Shown: in pieces, positions 47,414 through 57,190 of the stretch
How the letters are laid out: every line of letters starts with the position of its first letter
How positions within the stretch are numbered: position 1 is the first letter of the stretch
Assembly: GCA_950097015.1 (NCBI GenBank)
Contig: CATNEN010000008.1
Span: 3,968,001 to 4,032,000 of the forward strand
Length of the DNA: 64,000 nt
From: Macrostomum hystrix
Taxonomy: Eukaryota > Animalia > Platyhelminthes
Direction of reading: 5' to 3'
The notes under the pieces: generated by a model
What the model saw: the letters and a program-made list of their open reading frames with translations, nothing else
Database searches by the model: none
What the model was told of the DNA's origin: nothing
Translations under genes and position numbers: made by a program

Positions 47414-49374
47414 TTGAAGTTGTCAACTGTCCGATGCTTGCAGTATTCGCGCAGCTTTTTTGAACGTCCTTGCGTTGTCGCTGTAGGGCAGCGAGTCTTT
47501 GCGGCTGTGGCGGCAACGAAGAGTCCGAGTCCGACAGGACTCGCGGCGACAGTCGCGATTCTGGACGAGCAGTTCGGAGCCAAAGTCAACGTGGTGGCGG
47601 AGCGCCACAAGTTTCGGCAGCGCAGTCAGCGTCCGGGTGAAAAGATTGCGGACTTCGTGGCGGCTCTGTATGCTCTGGCTGGCTCATGTGAGTTCCGTGA
47701 CATGATGGAAGAAATGATCCGTGACCAGATCGTGGAGAAGGTCAGCGACAGGCGAATTCGAGAGCGCCTGCTGATCGAGGTCGGCCTGACGCTGCAGAAG
47801 GCAGTGACGCTGAGCCAGCAATGGGATATCAGCATCGCTGAGGCCAGTGCGATAGAGACGGAAGGCGCAGCCGCGGCCGGAGCACAGCTGGAAGAAGAGG
47901 TGAAGAGAGTCCGACTGCAACCCGACAGGGTTGGAGAGAGCTCCAAGTGCGGAGGCGGGCACAACAGACGAGCCCGGTGTCCAGCTGAAGGCAAGAGTTG
48001 TCATGTCTGCGGGAAGGCGAATAATTTCGGCTGGATGTGCAGGTCGCAGGGCGCCAAGGTCGCCGAGGTCACGGACGAGAGCGGCCAAGCCGTGTACATG
48101 GTGCGCGGCGCCGCCAGTCCCGACATCCGCTGCCGGGAGGCTCAAGAAGATGTTGGTGTCCCCAACATGCTTGCGATTCTTCAGTCCCGACGACAAGATC
48201 ATCGTGGCCTTCGACAGCTCCGCGCACGCTCTGGGGGCCGTGCTGATGCAAGACGACAGCGCCGGGGTTCGAAGACCAGTCGCTTTCGCGTCAAGGACCC
48301 TGTCAGCGACCGAGCGGCAAGTACTCCGCATCAGAGAGAGAGGCTCTCGCGTGCATCTTCGCGTGCGAGAGATGGCACTATTTCCTGTTCGGCCGGAGAT
48401 TCGAGCTGCACACGGACCACCAGGCTCTGACGACGCTGCTGTCGACTCAGGGCAGCGGCCACCGGCCTCTGCGGCTTCATCGATGGGCCGACCGCCTGCT
48501 CGCGTACGACTTCCAAGTCTGCCACGTTCCTGGCAAGAAGAACATCGTGCCAGATTTTTTGTCGCGCCACGGCGCTCTCGGAGCAAAATGTCCAAGGCAA
48601 AGCGAAGAAGACTCGACCGAGCTCCAAGTGAATGCCGTACTGCTGTCGGGCGCGCTGGAGATTGTCAGTCCAAGCGAACTGGCCGAGGCATCCCTGCAGG
48701 ACCCGGTGATCAATGAGGCGGTCACAATGACGCTCCAGGGGTGGTCTAACTCCATCAAGCAGCTGAAGCGGAGCAGCAGCCGTTCTGGAGGATGCGAACG
48801 CAACTGGCGCTCTGGAATGACGGCAAGTGCCTGGCCAGCGCCGGCTCCCAGCGCAGCCGCGACAGCCGCGGAGGCGGCGACGGCGGCAGACCCAGCGAGA
48901 CAGCAGCAGTCAGCCCAGACGGCGATCCGAGAGAGCTCAAAGCTGCGAGCGCCGCCGCAATGGTACGGTGAAATCGTGACTCACTGACTCGTTTATTAGT
49001 GACGGTTATTCGTGGCAGAAGTGTCATCCGGACGAACATTGCGTACTGGAGATCTGATTAGTAGTTGGATCAGCTGTTTCGATTTAATTCTCTTTGAAGT
49101 ACCTGATGCGAAAAAGATCATTTTACTCCTTCGTTGCTTTGCAATGCGCTTTTATTTGCTGCTCAATATTTCCATAATTCATTTTCGTTGTTCTATCATT
49201 TGAAAGGGAAGGTGAATGTTGTACAGTTGATTAATGCACGTACATAGTTCGTACATGGGTACATGTTCTCTGATAGCGATTGGCGCAGAATATATAGTCC
49301 AATAACTGAGAGCCAACTTGGCGTGAGAGTTTCGGCTACTAACTTGGCTGACTAGCTATTATTCATTTACAACA
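47414..49374 (+). mobile_element. Internally deleted Ty3/Gypsy LTR retrotransposon (Gag + RNase H remnant + PPT + 3' LTR)
   Basis: Gag ERHKFRQRSQRPGE...DFVAAL..LA..CEF...EEMIRDQIV with a degenerate zinc knuckle CHVCGKANNFGWMC. RNase H DSSAHALGAVLMQ...PVAFASRTLSATER, frameshift, then ALACIFACERWHYFLFGRRF...TDH...RW..RLLAYDF...PGKKNIVPDFLSR. Protease, RT core, integrase core and 5' LTR were not found. Confidence 0.9.
49217..49374 (+). repeat. 3' LTR of the Gypsy element (158 bp)
   Basis: Begins TGTTGTA and ends TACAACA (perfect 7-bp inverted termini). It is immediately preceded by the polypurine tract AAAGGGAAGGTGAA. Confidence 0.8.
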
Positions 49375-50200
49375 AACCGCTCTTGTCCAGGTGAGCTGAG
49401 ACAAGACCTGAGCTGCGGGATGTAGCAGGATGTAGAGGATGAGAAAGTCGGCAGCTGTGCCAACACTTGACTTCCTCAGACGACCCTGGATGACTCGAAG
49501 CAGTCGAATTCACTTGAAGAAGACCATAATTCGGTTACTTTGTGAGATCGTTGTCGCTGCAGTCGACTTCTCAGGATGAACTATTTTAGCTAGGAAACTC
49601 CGCCGTTGCACTTCTCTTCAGCTTCTGACACTTCTGCAGCAGACGCAGTCAATTATGATCGTTACCAAAGACAACTAAGAGTAGAAGGAGGCCCGCTTGA
49701 TCGTTTCGTATCTACTCCTTGAATCCTACTCGATCCTCAGCTGCAGAAGTTCGAGCTTTTAGTTTGTTATTGACGAATTGAAGAACGAAGGCCGTCGTAG
49801 GAATGAGCTGATGCCATAAGGAAAATTCAAGTCCTGAAGAACTGACGGAAGACCGAAGTAAGGGCGAACGGACCAGCTTCAGCGAACAATTACGATATAT
49901 TTGTTAACAATATATTCTGGTCTTCTTCAATCTCGGCTATCAATCAATTAAAAAACGCAGCTTTTTTTCGAATCGAAAAATTTCGACAATTCGCTTTTCT
50001 TTTTTACGTATGGCATAATTATTACCACTTTGAGATAAGAAATACGAACAGACTCTTAACGACTTATTTCAAAATTTAACTTCTGAAAACGCGAGTTTCA
50101 CAGAAAATATTAACATCATACATTCATTTCATTGTTATTTGTACAACTTCGTATATTCTTTACATATACTTCGCACTACATTTGTTTGCGCTTTGCTTAA

Positions 50201-53200
50201 ATGGCTGCCATGGCATCTGCTGTGGTAGAGCAAATGTCTTCATTTTTTAAAGTACATCTTGGAAGTGAAGTTGCTGCTGTTTTTATTTATATAAGTAAAT
50301 ATAGCAAGTCAACATTACCTATGATTGTTCAGCAGTTTAAAGTTTCAAGTGATAAAATTTCATTCTTTCCAGCAGAAAACATGGCAATAGCTTCCACTTT
50401 GAAACTTCTAAAATATTTTGAAAGGGGTAGCCATTCAAATCTATTTGAAACAATGACATCCAATTCTCAGGTTTTTCAAATGGTAAGCAAATTTATCATT
50501 ATATTTTTTGTAATATGTTTGACTCAAAATTGACTTTCAAGCTTAGTGCTGCAATTATACGGTAAGCCTAGCTGGATACAAAAATGATTGTATAAGCAGG
50601 GAAGTAGCTAAAACAAGTTTTTGTAAGTTTTTAAGCTATTGGTATTGCAGTATCTTAAGTGATACTAACATTACATGAGGCATTACACATATGTTATTAA
50701 GTATTGTTATTTGAATATTTAATTAAGTAATAGTTCCATAAAATTTGGCTCATAAAAAACTACAACTATGGGAAAAATAAATTATTTAACACTGCTAATA
50801 GAAAATTACAGTTTATTAATTCCAAAATATTTGATAATGTCAAAATATTTTGCTTTTTTTTCTATGCATAAAGTTTGATATAGGCATAAAAAGATATATT
50901 GTGAGCATAATTGTTTTTTAGAGTAGCTAAGTAGATAACTTCAATAACAAGGTAGCTATTTTAGCAAAGGCATTTGTTTGTAACACGTTGATTCGGTGGC
51001 TTACAATTTAGTGATTGATAACAAAGGGCTTTTGGCCCTATATAAAATAAATTAGCTATTTTTAGAAGACATATTTTTTACAAAGTTATAACATTTATGT
51101 TGTTTAAAATTTAAACTATGATCATTATCTTATTTCTACTTACCAAGTTAGTAACTAGTAGTTAGTAAGGTAAGATAAAAGGAGCAGGAATATCACAAAG
51201 TTATTGTTAAAAGTTTCATTTTACTTTAGAGTCAAATATGAAGCACTTCTCAAATGCTTTTATTTATTTACTGAGACTATGTTTGTGATTTGTGATTCAG
51301 CAACATGTATAGAATGTTTAATGTTCTAAAACATATCTTGAACATAAGTTTACAAAGTAATTAACCTAATTTTCATAAGTTTGGATTTTACAAAGTATTC
51401 ATATTTTTCTGTCATCTGTGTGTATTATAATATATTAATTCATATAGTGCCTTGATATCTGTCAGTAGTATGTTGATATCTGTCAGTGCTATGGACTGTG
51501 AAATGAATCAAACCCGTGTATTGTTCCACAATCCACCCAGGTGCAACAGTGCCTGACATTGTTACTAATGCATGACTTAGTCAGCCTAAGCCGTCGCAGA
51601 GATGGGGCCATTGAGTACTCGATTAATTGGTCCCAAGCTCGAGTCCTCATTCGCGCTCCAGCTTATCTCTGCCTGGTGCGAACCCAACTCGGCCACTCCG
51701 CCGAACTCCTAGTAGAAGAGCTAATCTACAATGGCCGCCTGGGACTGCTGCCTCTCCTAGAAACTGTTGCTAAGCGGCTAGCCGAGGAAGACGACAACAA
51801 TGGCGCGGGTGGCGCGGCATTAAGCGAGGATCCCGGCTTGCGCGCATTGAACGCATTCGCCGATCTTCTAGACCGTCGGTTTGTCACGCGTCGCGGCTCC
51901 GTTGTTCCTCCGCTGCCAACTGCTGATCGTCCCGACGCTGCTCAAGACGATGACGACGATGACGAGTATGACGAAGATCGCGCCGATGGTAGCGGCGTAA
52001 AAATCTATCGCGTTGATAAGCCGTTTGCTCCTTTGAGTCGAGCCGAGAAGGACACTGTTCTCAAGCACCTGCGGAAGACTCTAAAGCTCGGCGCCGACTC
52101 CCTGGAGCCGCCGGCCAAGCGTCCTCGAATAGCGGCCGATGCCGCCACCGCAGCCGAACTAGTTGAAGACACTCGCCGGCCAGACGAAGCTGTTCAGGAA
52201 TTCTCAGTCAATGCTCAACACCTGCGCTATCGATGGCGTGACTCCATGCTGGTCAGGGCGGCCTCCGCGGCCCTTGGCCCGCCCGCCAGCCGGGTTCTAG
52301 CCGCCATGCTAGAGATCATCGACGAACGAGTCCGACTGGGCCACGCCCAATCCCCAGAGTCCGAGATACTGGCCCATGCGGACATTGTTGCTCAGTTGGC
52401 AGCCAGCTCGAATTCCGCTAATCCTGGCGGAAGCGATGCGAGATCCGGGGTTCGTTTCTTTTGTTTTGTTGAACCATGTCAGCGGGAATCAGTGGATATT
52501 ATCAGATCACATTCGTTGTCTTTGTTTCGACACTGAAGATCTTTTTGTGCGAATTAACCAGCAAGCCCAGCAAGTTTCCCCTCCCCATCTCCTCTGTCTT
52601 CTCTTTCTTCTCTTTCAACCCTTTCTGCCCTCTATTCCTTTTATCCCTTTCCACACTCTCATCTTTATCCCTTTATCCCCTCTTTCTCCCCTCTATTCCC
52701 CTTTTCCCTTTATCCCCACTCTCTCCCCTTTAACCCTTTCTCCCCACTCTCGGCCCTTTATCCCTCTCTCCCCTTTATATTTTTCTCCCTTCTCTCCCCT
52801 GTATTTCTTTCTTCCCTCTCTCCCCTATATCCCTTTCTTCCCACTCTCCCCTTTATCCCTTTCTTCCCACTCTCACCTTTATCCCTTTCTTCCCACTCTC
52901 CCCTTTATCCTTTTCTTCCACTCTCCCCTCTATCTCTTTCTTCCCACTCTCCCCTTTATCCCTTTCTTCCCACTCTCCCCTTTATCATTTTCTTCCACTC
53001 TCCACTTTATCTCTTTCTTCCCACTCTCCCCTTTATCCTTTTCTTCCCACTCTCCCCTTATCTCTTTCTTCCCACCCTCCCCTTTATCCCTTTTCCCTCT
53101 ATCTGAAGGCATCTGCCCTGCCTGCTCCCAGCTCTCATCTAATTTGTTGTGTCTGTCTCCAGGTGCAAACTAATCCTTTCAGATGGACCAGCACCTGACC

Positions 53201-54452
53201 GCCCTGTCCGAGGACGGCTTCATCGAGCGTCAGTCGGGAGTGGCCGGCGGTCAGTTTCGCGTGTTGTACAGGCGCGCCATCTTCAGCCTCACAAAACAGT
53301 CGGTAACTGCAATCATTCGTCAGCGCCTCGGCGATAAAGCCGTCCGGGTGTTCAACGCCCTATTTGAGGAGCCGAACCTCACCCAGCAGGAGCTGGAGTC
53401 GCTGACCCTGCTGGCTGGACGGGACTGCAAGGAGCTGCTCTACCGCCTGCTGGTTGACGGCTTCGTTCATTGCGCCGAGCTAAGCAAAGCCGCCGATTTC
53501 ATGAATCCAAGGCCTAACACGGCTTATTTTCTGTTTCACGTGAACTTGGAGCAGGCAACCAGGAAGCTGTTATTGAGTATGCACTCTTATCAGGTGAGAT
53601 TCAGCGCTTTAAAAATAGTAACGAATATCTATAGCCAGATATTGAAAATCTAGAAAATCTGCCTGCTTAGAAGGGTGTTAGAGGGGGTCGGGGGCAGAGC
53701 GGTTAACGCGTTGGCCTCTCGCACCAAGGTCCCTGAGCTCGATTCCGCGGCGAGGCCACATTGGTTCGGGGCGCAGCCGCGGAGAGAAGGCTTGGGGGAT
53801 TGTCGTTCGTTTTACGCCCTTGAAGGCCAACATCCAAGGCACAGCGAGAGTGTACACTGCCTGATGATGAGTAAGTCAGGACAGATGTACACACCTGTGT
53901 GAGCGCGTGCCTGCGTACGGTATCTGTGTGCGTGTGTGCTCAGGAGTCGGCGAAATGGGCAGAATTGTCTCCTTGCTGTCTGCGGGTCTAGTATTAGTGT
54001 CACCAAATGATGTGCCATTGCCCGCAGCCCTCGAACAATTAATAAAAAAGGTTGTTTGAGTGCCTATTAGTCTATCAGACCTAACAGGCTTCAACTAATT
54101 AGATGACGAGTCATTTATCATTGGTTCTTAATTATCCACCTAGGATCACCTGTTAACTCGTCGGTTAGCCCAATCGGCATCGAATCGTCGCCTGTTGGAG
54201 AAGCGTCAGCGAGTGAAGGAGCTGCTGAAGAATCTGGACGCCCAGATACAAGCGGCCGCCGCTGACGCCGAGGTGTCCTCCGAGCTGGCCGAACAGAGAT
54301 CTCAAGCTGCTCAGCTGCTCACACCGCCTGAGCGTGAACAGCTGGAATCTTTGAAGCGAGCTCGCACCGCCCTCAGAGCCGGAGAGCTGCTGCTGGAAGA
54401 GAACATTTTCTTGTTTGAACTGTTTCTCGAGTTTGCCAGCCAGCGATCTTAA
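50201..54452 (+). CDS. POLR3C: RNA polymerase III subunit RPC3 (C82/RPC62 family)
   Basis: Exons 50201-~50341 (donor uncertain), 51541-52449, 53183-53593, 54144-54452 (TAA). Motifs VHLGSEV, CLTLLLMHDLV, ELLVEELIYNG, MDQHLTAL, IIRQRLG..AVRVF, CKELLYRLL..GFV, NRRLLEKRQRV and LLTPPEREQLESLKR follow the RPC3 winged-helix/coiled-coil layout. Confidence 0.9.
52600..53100. repeat. Degenerate polypyrimidine minisatellite (about 25-bp unit) in POLR3C intron 2
   Basis: CTTTCTTCCCACTCTCCCCTTTATC-like units. Confidence 0.88.
53684..54047 (+). mobile_element. SINE family A, copy 5, in POLR3C intron 3
   Basis: Full head, body and tail. Degenerate TSD AAGGGTGTTAGAG (53671-53683) / AAGGTTGTTTGAG (54048-54060). 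Confidence 0.9.
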
Positions 54453-54489
54453 ATCGAAAAACCTATCCACTCTTTCCGAAGCACAAGTA

Positions 54490-54840
54490 TCAATTGGATT
54501 CTCCCGGAAATCCTATTTGGATTCTCCTGGAATTTCTATTTGGATTCTCCCGGAAATTCTATTTGGTTTCTCCAGAAATCCTTTTTTGAGTCTTCAGGAA
54601 ATCCTTTCTGGATTCTCCCGGATATCCCGTTATGATTCTCCCGGAAATCCCGTTTGGATTCTCCCGGAAATCCCGTTTGGATTCTCCCGGAAATCCCGTT
54701 TGGATTCTCCCGGAAATCCCGTTTGGATTCTCCCGGAAATCCCGTTTGGATTCTCCCGGAAATCCCGTTTGGATTCTCCCGGAAATCCCGTTTGGATTCT
54801 CCCGGAAATCCGGTTTGGATTCTCCTGGAAATCCCATTTG
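54490..54840. repeat. 23-bp minisatellite (TTTGGATTCTCCCGGAAATCCCG) downstream of the POLR3C stop
   Basis: Direct reading. Confidence 0.95.
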
Positions 54841-55163
54841 TGTTCTCACCGCCACATCCTTCTTTAAACTATCTAACAAGGCTTTCCTAGAAATCCCACC
54901 AATATTCTCCCGAATTATCCAAATCTTATATTCATATTATTCTTTCATTGTGTTAAAAATAATTTTCTGAAAACTCCATCCATACAGACACGCTGCTTGT
55001 GGAGGTATTTACTGGTGGAAATTTATTTCTTTTCTAGCCTCGATTAGCTATTTCGTTGGTTTTGGTTGCTTACGCTTTTTATATTGTGTTTTTCTCTATA
55101 GAAATTGTACAAATATTGTTCAACATGCATCGCTTGTGTTTTGCAGTTGCTTGCTTACATAAA

Positions 55164-55169
55164 AATAAA
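55164..55169 (+). promoter_or_regulatory. Candidate POLR3C polyadenylation signal AATAAA, about 140 nt upstream of the CHCHD1 acceptor
   Basis: AATAAA followed by U-rich sequence and the acceptor TTTGTTTTCAG ending at 55311. Confidence 0.5.
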
Positions 55170-55359
55170 TAGTTGTAAGCGATGCTTTTTGCGATAGAAT
55201 CTGTGTTTCAGATTGTTTTTTTATATTATAAATTATTAATATTGTTTGCATTGCACAATGCGTAACAATTGCTTTGTTCAGCTGTCATTCTCAATGAAAC
55301 TTTGTTTTCAGATTGTCTCCGCCAACTAGACACCGCTAAAGTACAACAGACAGTTGAAG

Positions 55360-55935
55360 ATGTCTTCGGCCGCTTCCTCCGGCGGCAAGGCAGCTGCCAG
55401 CGTCGGTGGCAAGCTCTTGAAGAAGACAGTCGAGCAGACGCAGGCCTCATCATCGTCAGCGGCTTCTGCGACGCCGTCGTCTAGCGGCGGATTGCACTCG
55501 CTGCCTTCAGCCCTGAACTGGAACGCCGACTTGCTGGCTAAGCGGCGCAGGGAAGAGCTGGCTAAACTGTACCCAGCGGTGTTCCTGCGGCATCCGTCGC
55601 TCAAGAATGTGGTGTCGGGCCGCGGCGAGAAGGGCCTTCGCGCCGTCTGCGTCTCCGAGATGCTCAGCCTTCTAGAGTGCCTTAACGGCGCCGATTATAA
55701 TCAGCGACGCTGCGTCGGCCAGATTGGCACCTTTCAGCGCTGCGTTGAAGTTGAAGAGGCCAAGCGACGGAGGCGCAAGGAGCTGATTAAGAACCCGGAT
55801 CTGGGCCGCAGCGCCGGTGGCCGACTTGCTGCGCCGCAGATCAACGCCCTGCTGGCCCGGTTTCCGACGCCGCCTAGGGCCCCCGGTCAGCCGGATATCA
55901 ATCGGCGAGGTCGACTTGTGAAGCCGGATGACTGA
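55360..55935 (+). CDS. CHCHD1: CHCHD1 / mitochondrial ribosomal protein mS37 (twin CX9C), single coding exon, Ser/Ala-rich N-terminal extension
   Basis: LKNVVSGRGEKGLRAVCVSEMLSLLECLNGADYNQRRCVGQIGTFQRC has two CX9C motifs. It is followed by LGRSAGGRLAAPQINALLARFP, matching the CHCHD1 C-terminal LLxRFP. The ATG is at 55360; the ORF track starts at an upstream TTG. Confidence 0.85.
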   Translation: MSSAASSGGKAAASVGGKLLKKTVEQTQASSSSAASATPSSSGGLHSLPSALNWNADLLAKRRREELAKLYPAVFLRHPSLKNVVSGRGEKGLRAVCVSEMLSLLECLNGADYNQRRCVGQIGTFQRCVEVEEAKRRRRKELIKNPDLGRSAGGRLAAPQINALLARFPTPPRAPGQPDINRRGRLVKPDD

Positions 55936-56379
55936 CTTCAGCTTGGCGTCTAGATTAGAACTAAAATTATTGGCTTAAGACTGGGATTTTAGCCGAGATC
56001 CTGTCTGTATAGCAGTGCTGAAAATTCATAAACAACCATCTATAGCAGGCATCGAGTCTTGCAACTGTTGTCATCAAATAGTTTTTTATTTAGTAATTTT
56101 TTAGCTAGTAGAATGTACGGCTGGTTGATATGTTCATGTTGTTGAATGCAAAGTATACTGTTGCATTATATCCTCGCTTCACACGACTTTCTCCTTTGAA
56201 TTGTGAAGCAAAAAAATTTATTTGCTCTACTTTTTTTAAACATCTTGCTACCTTATTTAAGAGACATTCTTAGTTTGTGACAAGTGGATAGTTTTAGTAG
56301 TGTTTGTTTGATTGAGTGCAGATTGTTAGGAGTTTTAGCCTAGTGGTGAGAGCGTCCGACTCTCTACTTGAAGGTCTCC

Positions 56380-57075
56380 TGGAAATCCAAAAAACCCCGT
56401 ATTGATTCTTCCAGAAATCCCCATTTGGATCCTGCCATAAACTCATTACAGATTCTCCCGGACATCCCGTATGGATTCTCCCGGAAATCTTATTTCTGTC
56501 TGTGCTATGGACTGTAGAACTAATTTAACCCGCAGAATTAAAAAATTTAATTCTTCCGAAAATCCTATTCAGATTTTTCTAGAAATCCTCTTTGGATTCT
56601 GCCAAAAATCCTATTTGTATTCTTTCGGAAATCCCATCTGAATTCTCCCGGAAATCCCATTTGGATTCTCCCGGAAATCCCATTTGAATTCTCCCGGAAA
56701 TCCCATTTGGATCTCCCAGAAATCCCATTTGCATTCTTCCAGATATCCCATTTGGATTCTCCTGAAATCCCATTTGGATTCTCCCGGAAATCCCATTTGG
56801 ATCTCCCAGAAATCCCATTTGCATTCTTCCAGATATCCCATTTGGATTCTCCTGAAATACCATTTGGATTCTCCCAGAAAATCCATTTGCTCTTCCAGAA
56901 ATCCCATTTGCATTTTTTCAGAAATCCTATTTGGATTCTCCCGGAAACCCCATTAGGATTTTCCCGGAAATCCCATTTGCTCTTCAAAAAATCCCATTTG
57001 GATTTTCTCAGAAATCCCTATTTGGATTTTCTTAGAAATCCTGCATGGATTCTCCCAGAAATCTTATTTTAATTC
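56380..57075. repeat. Degenerate array of the same 23-bp family downstream of CHCHD1
   Basis: ATTTGGATTCTCCCGGAAATCCC-type units. Confidence 0.92.
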
Positions 57076-57190
57076 TACCGAAAATCCTACTCTCTTTTCT
57101 CCTCTTTGAATTCTGTTAAATTTATTTTTTCTTTTTCAAAAAGTCCCATGAGTTTGCCAAATGGTCACTTCTCGTTATTTCCTCTTTCAG

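Noticed and set aside
49375-49900. Coding-looking stretch after the LTR (and a similar one at 46440-46990)
   Set aside because: All frames examined are interrupted by stops and no motif was recognised; probably old transposon debris, but not supportable.
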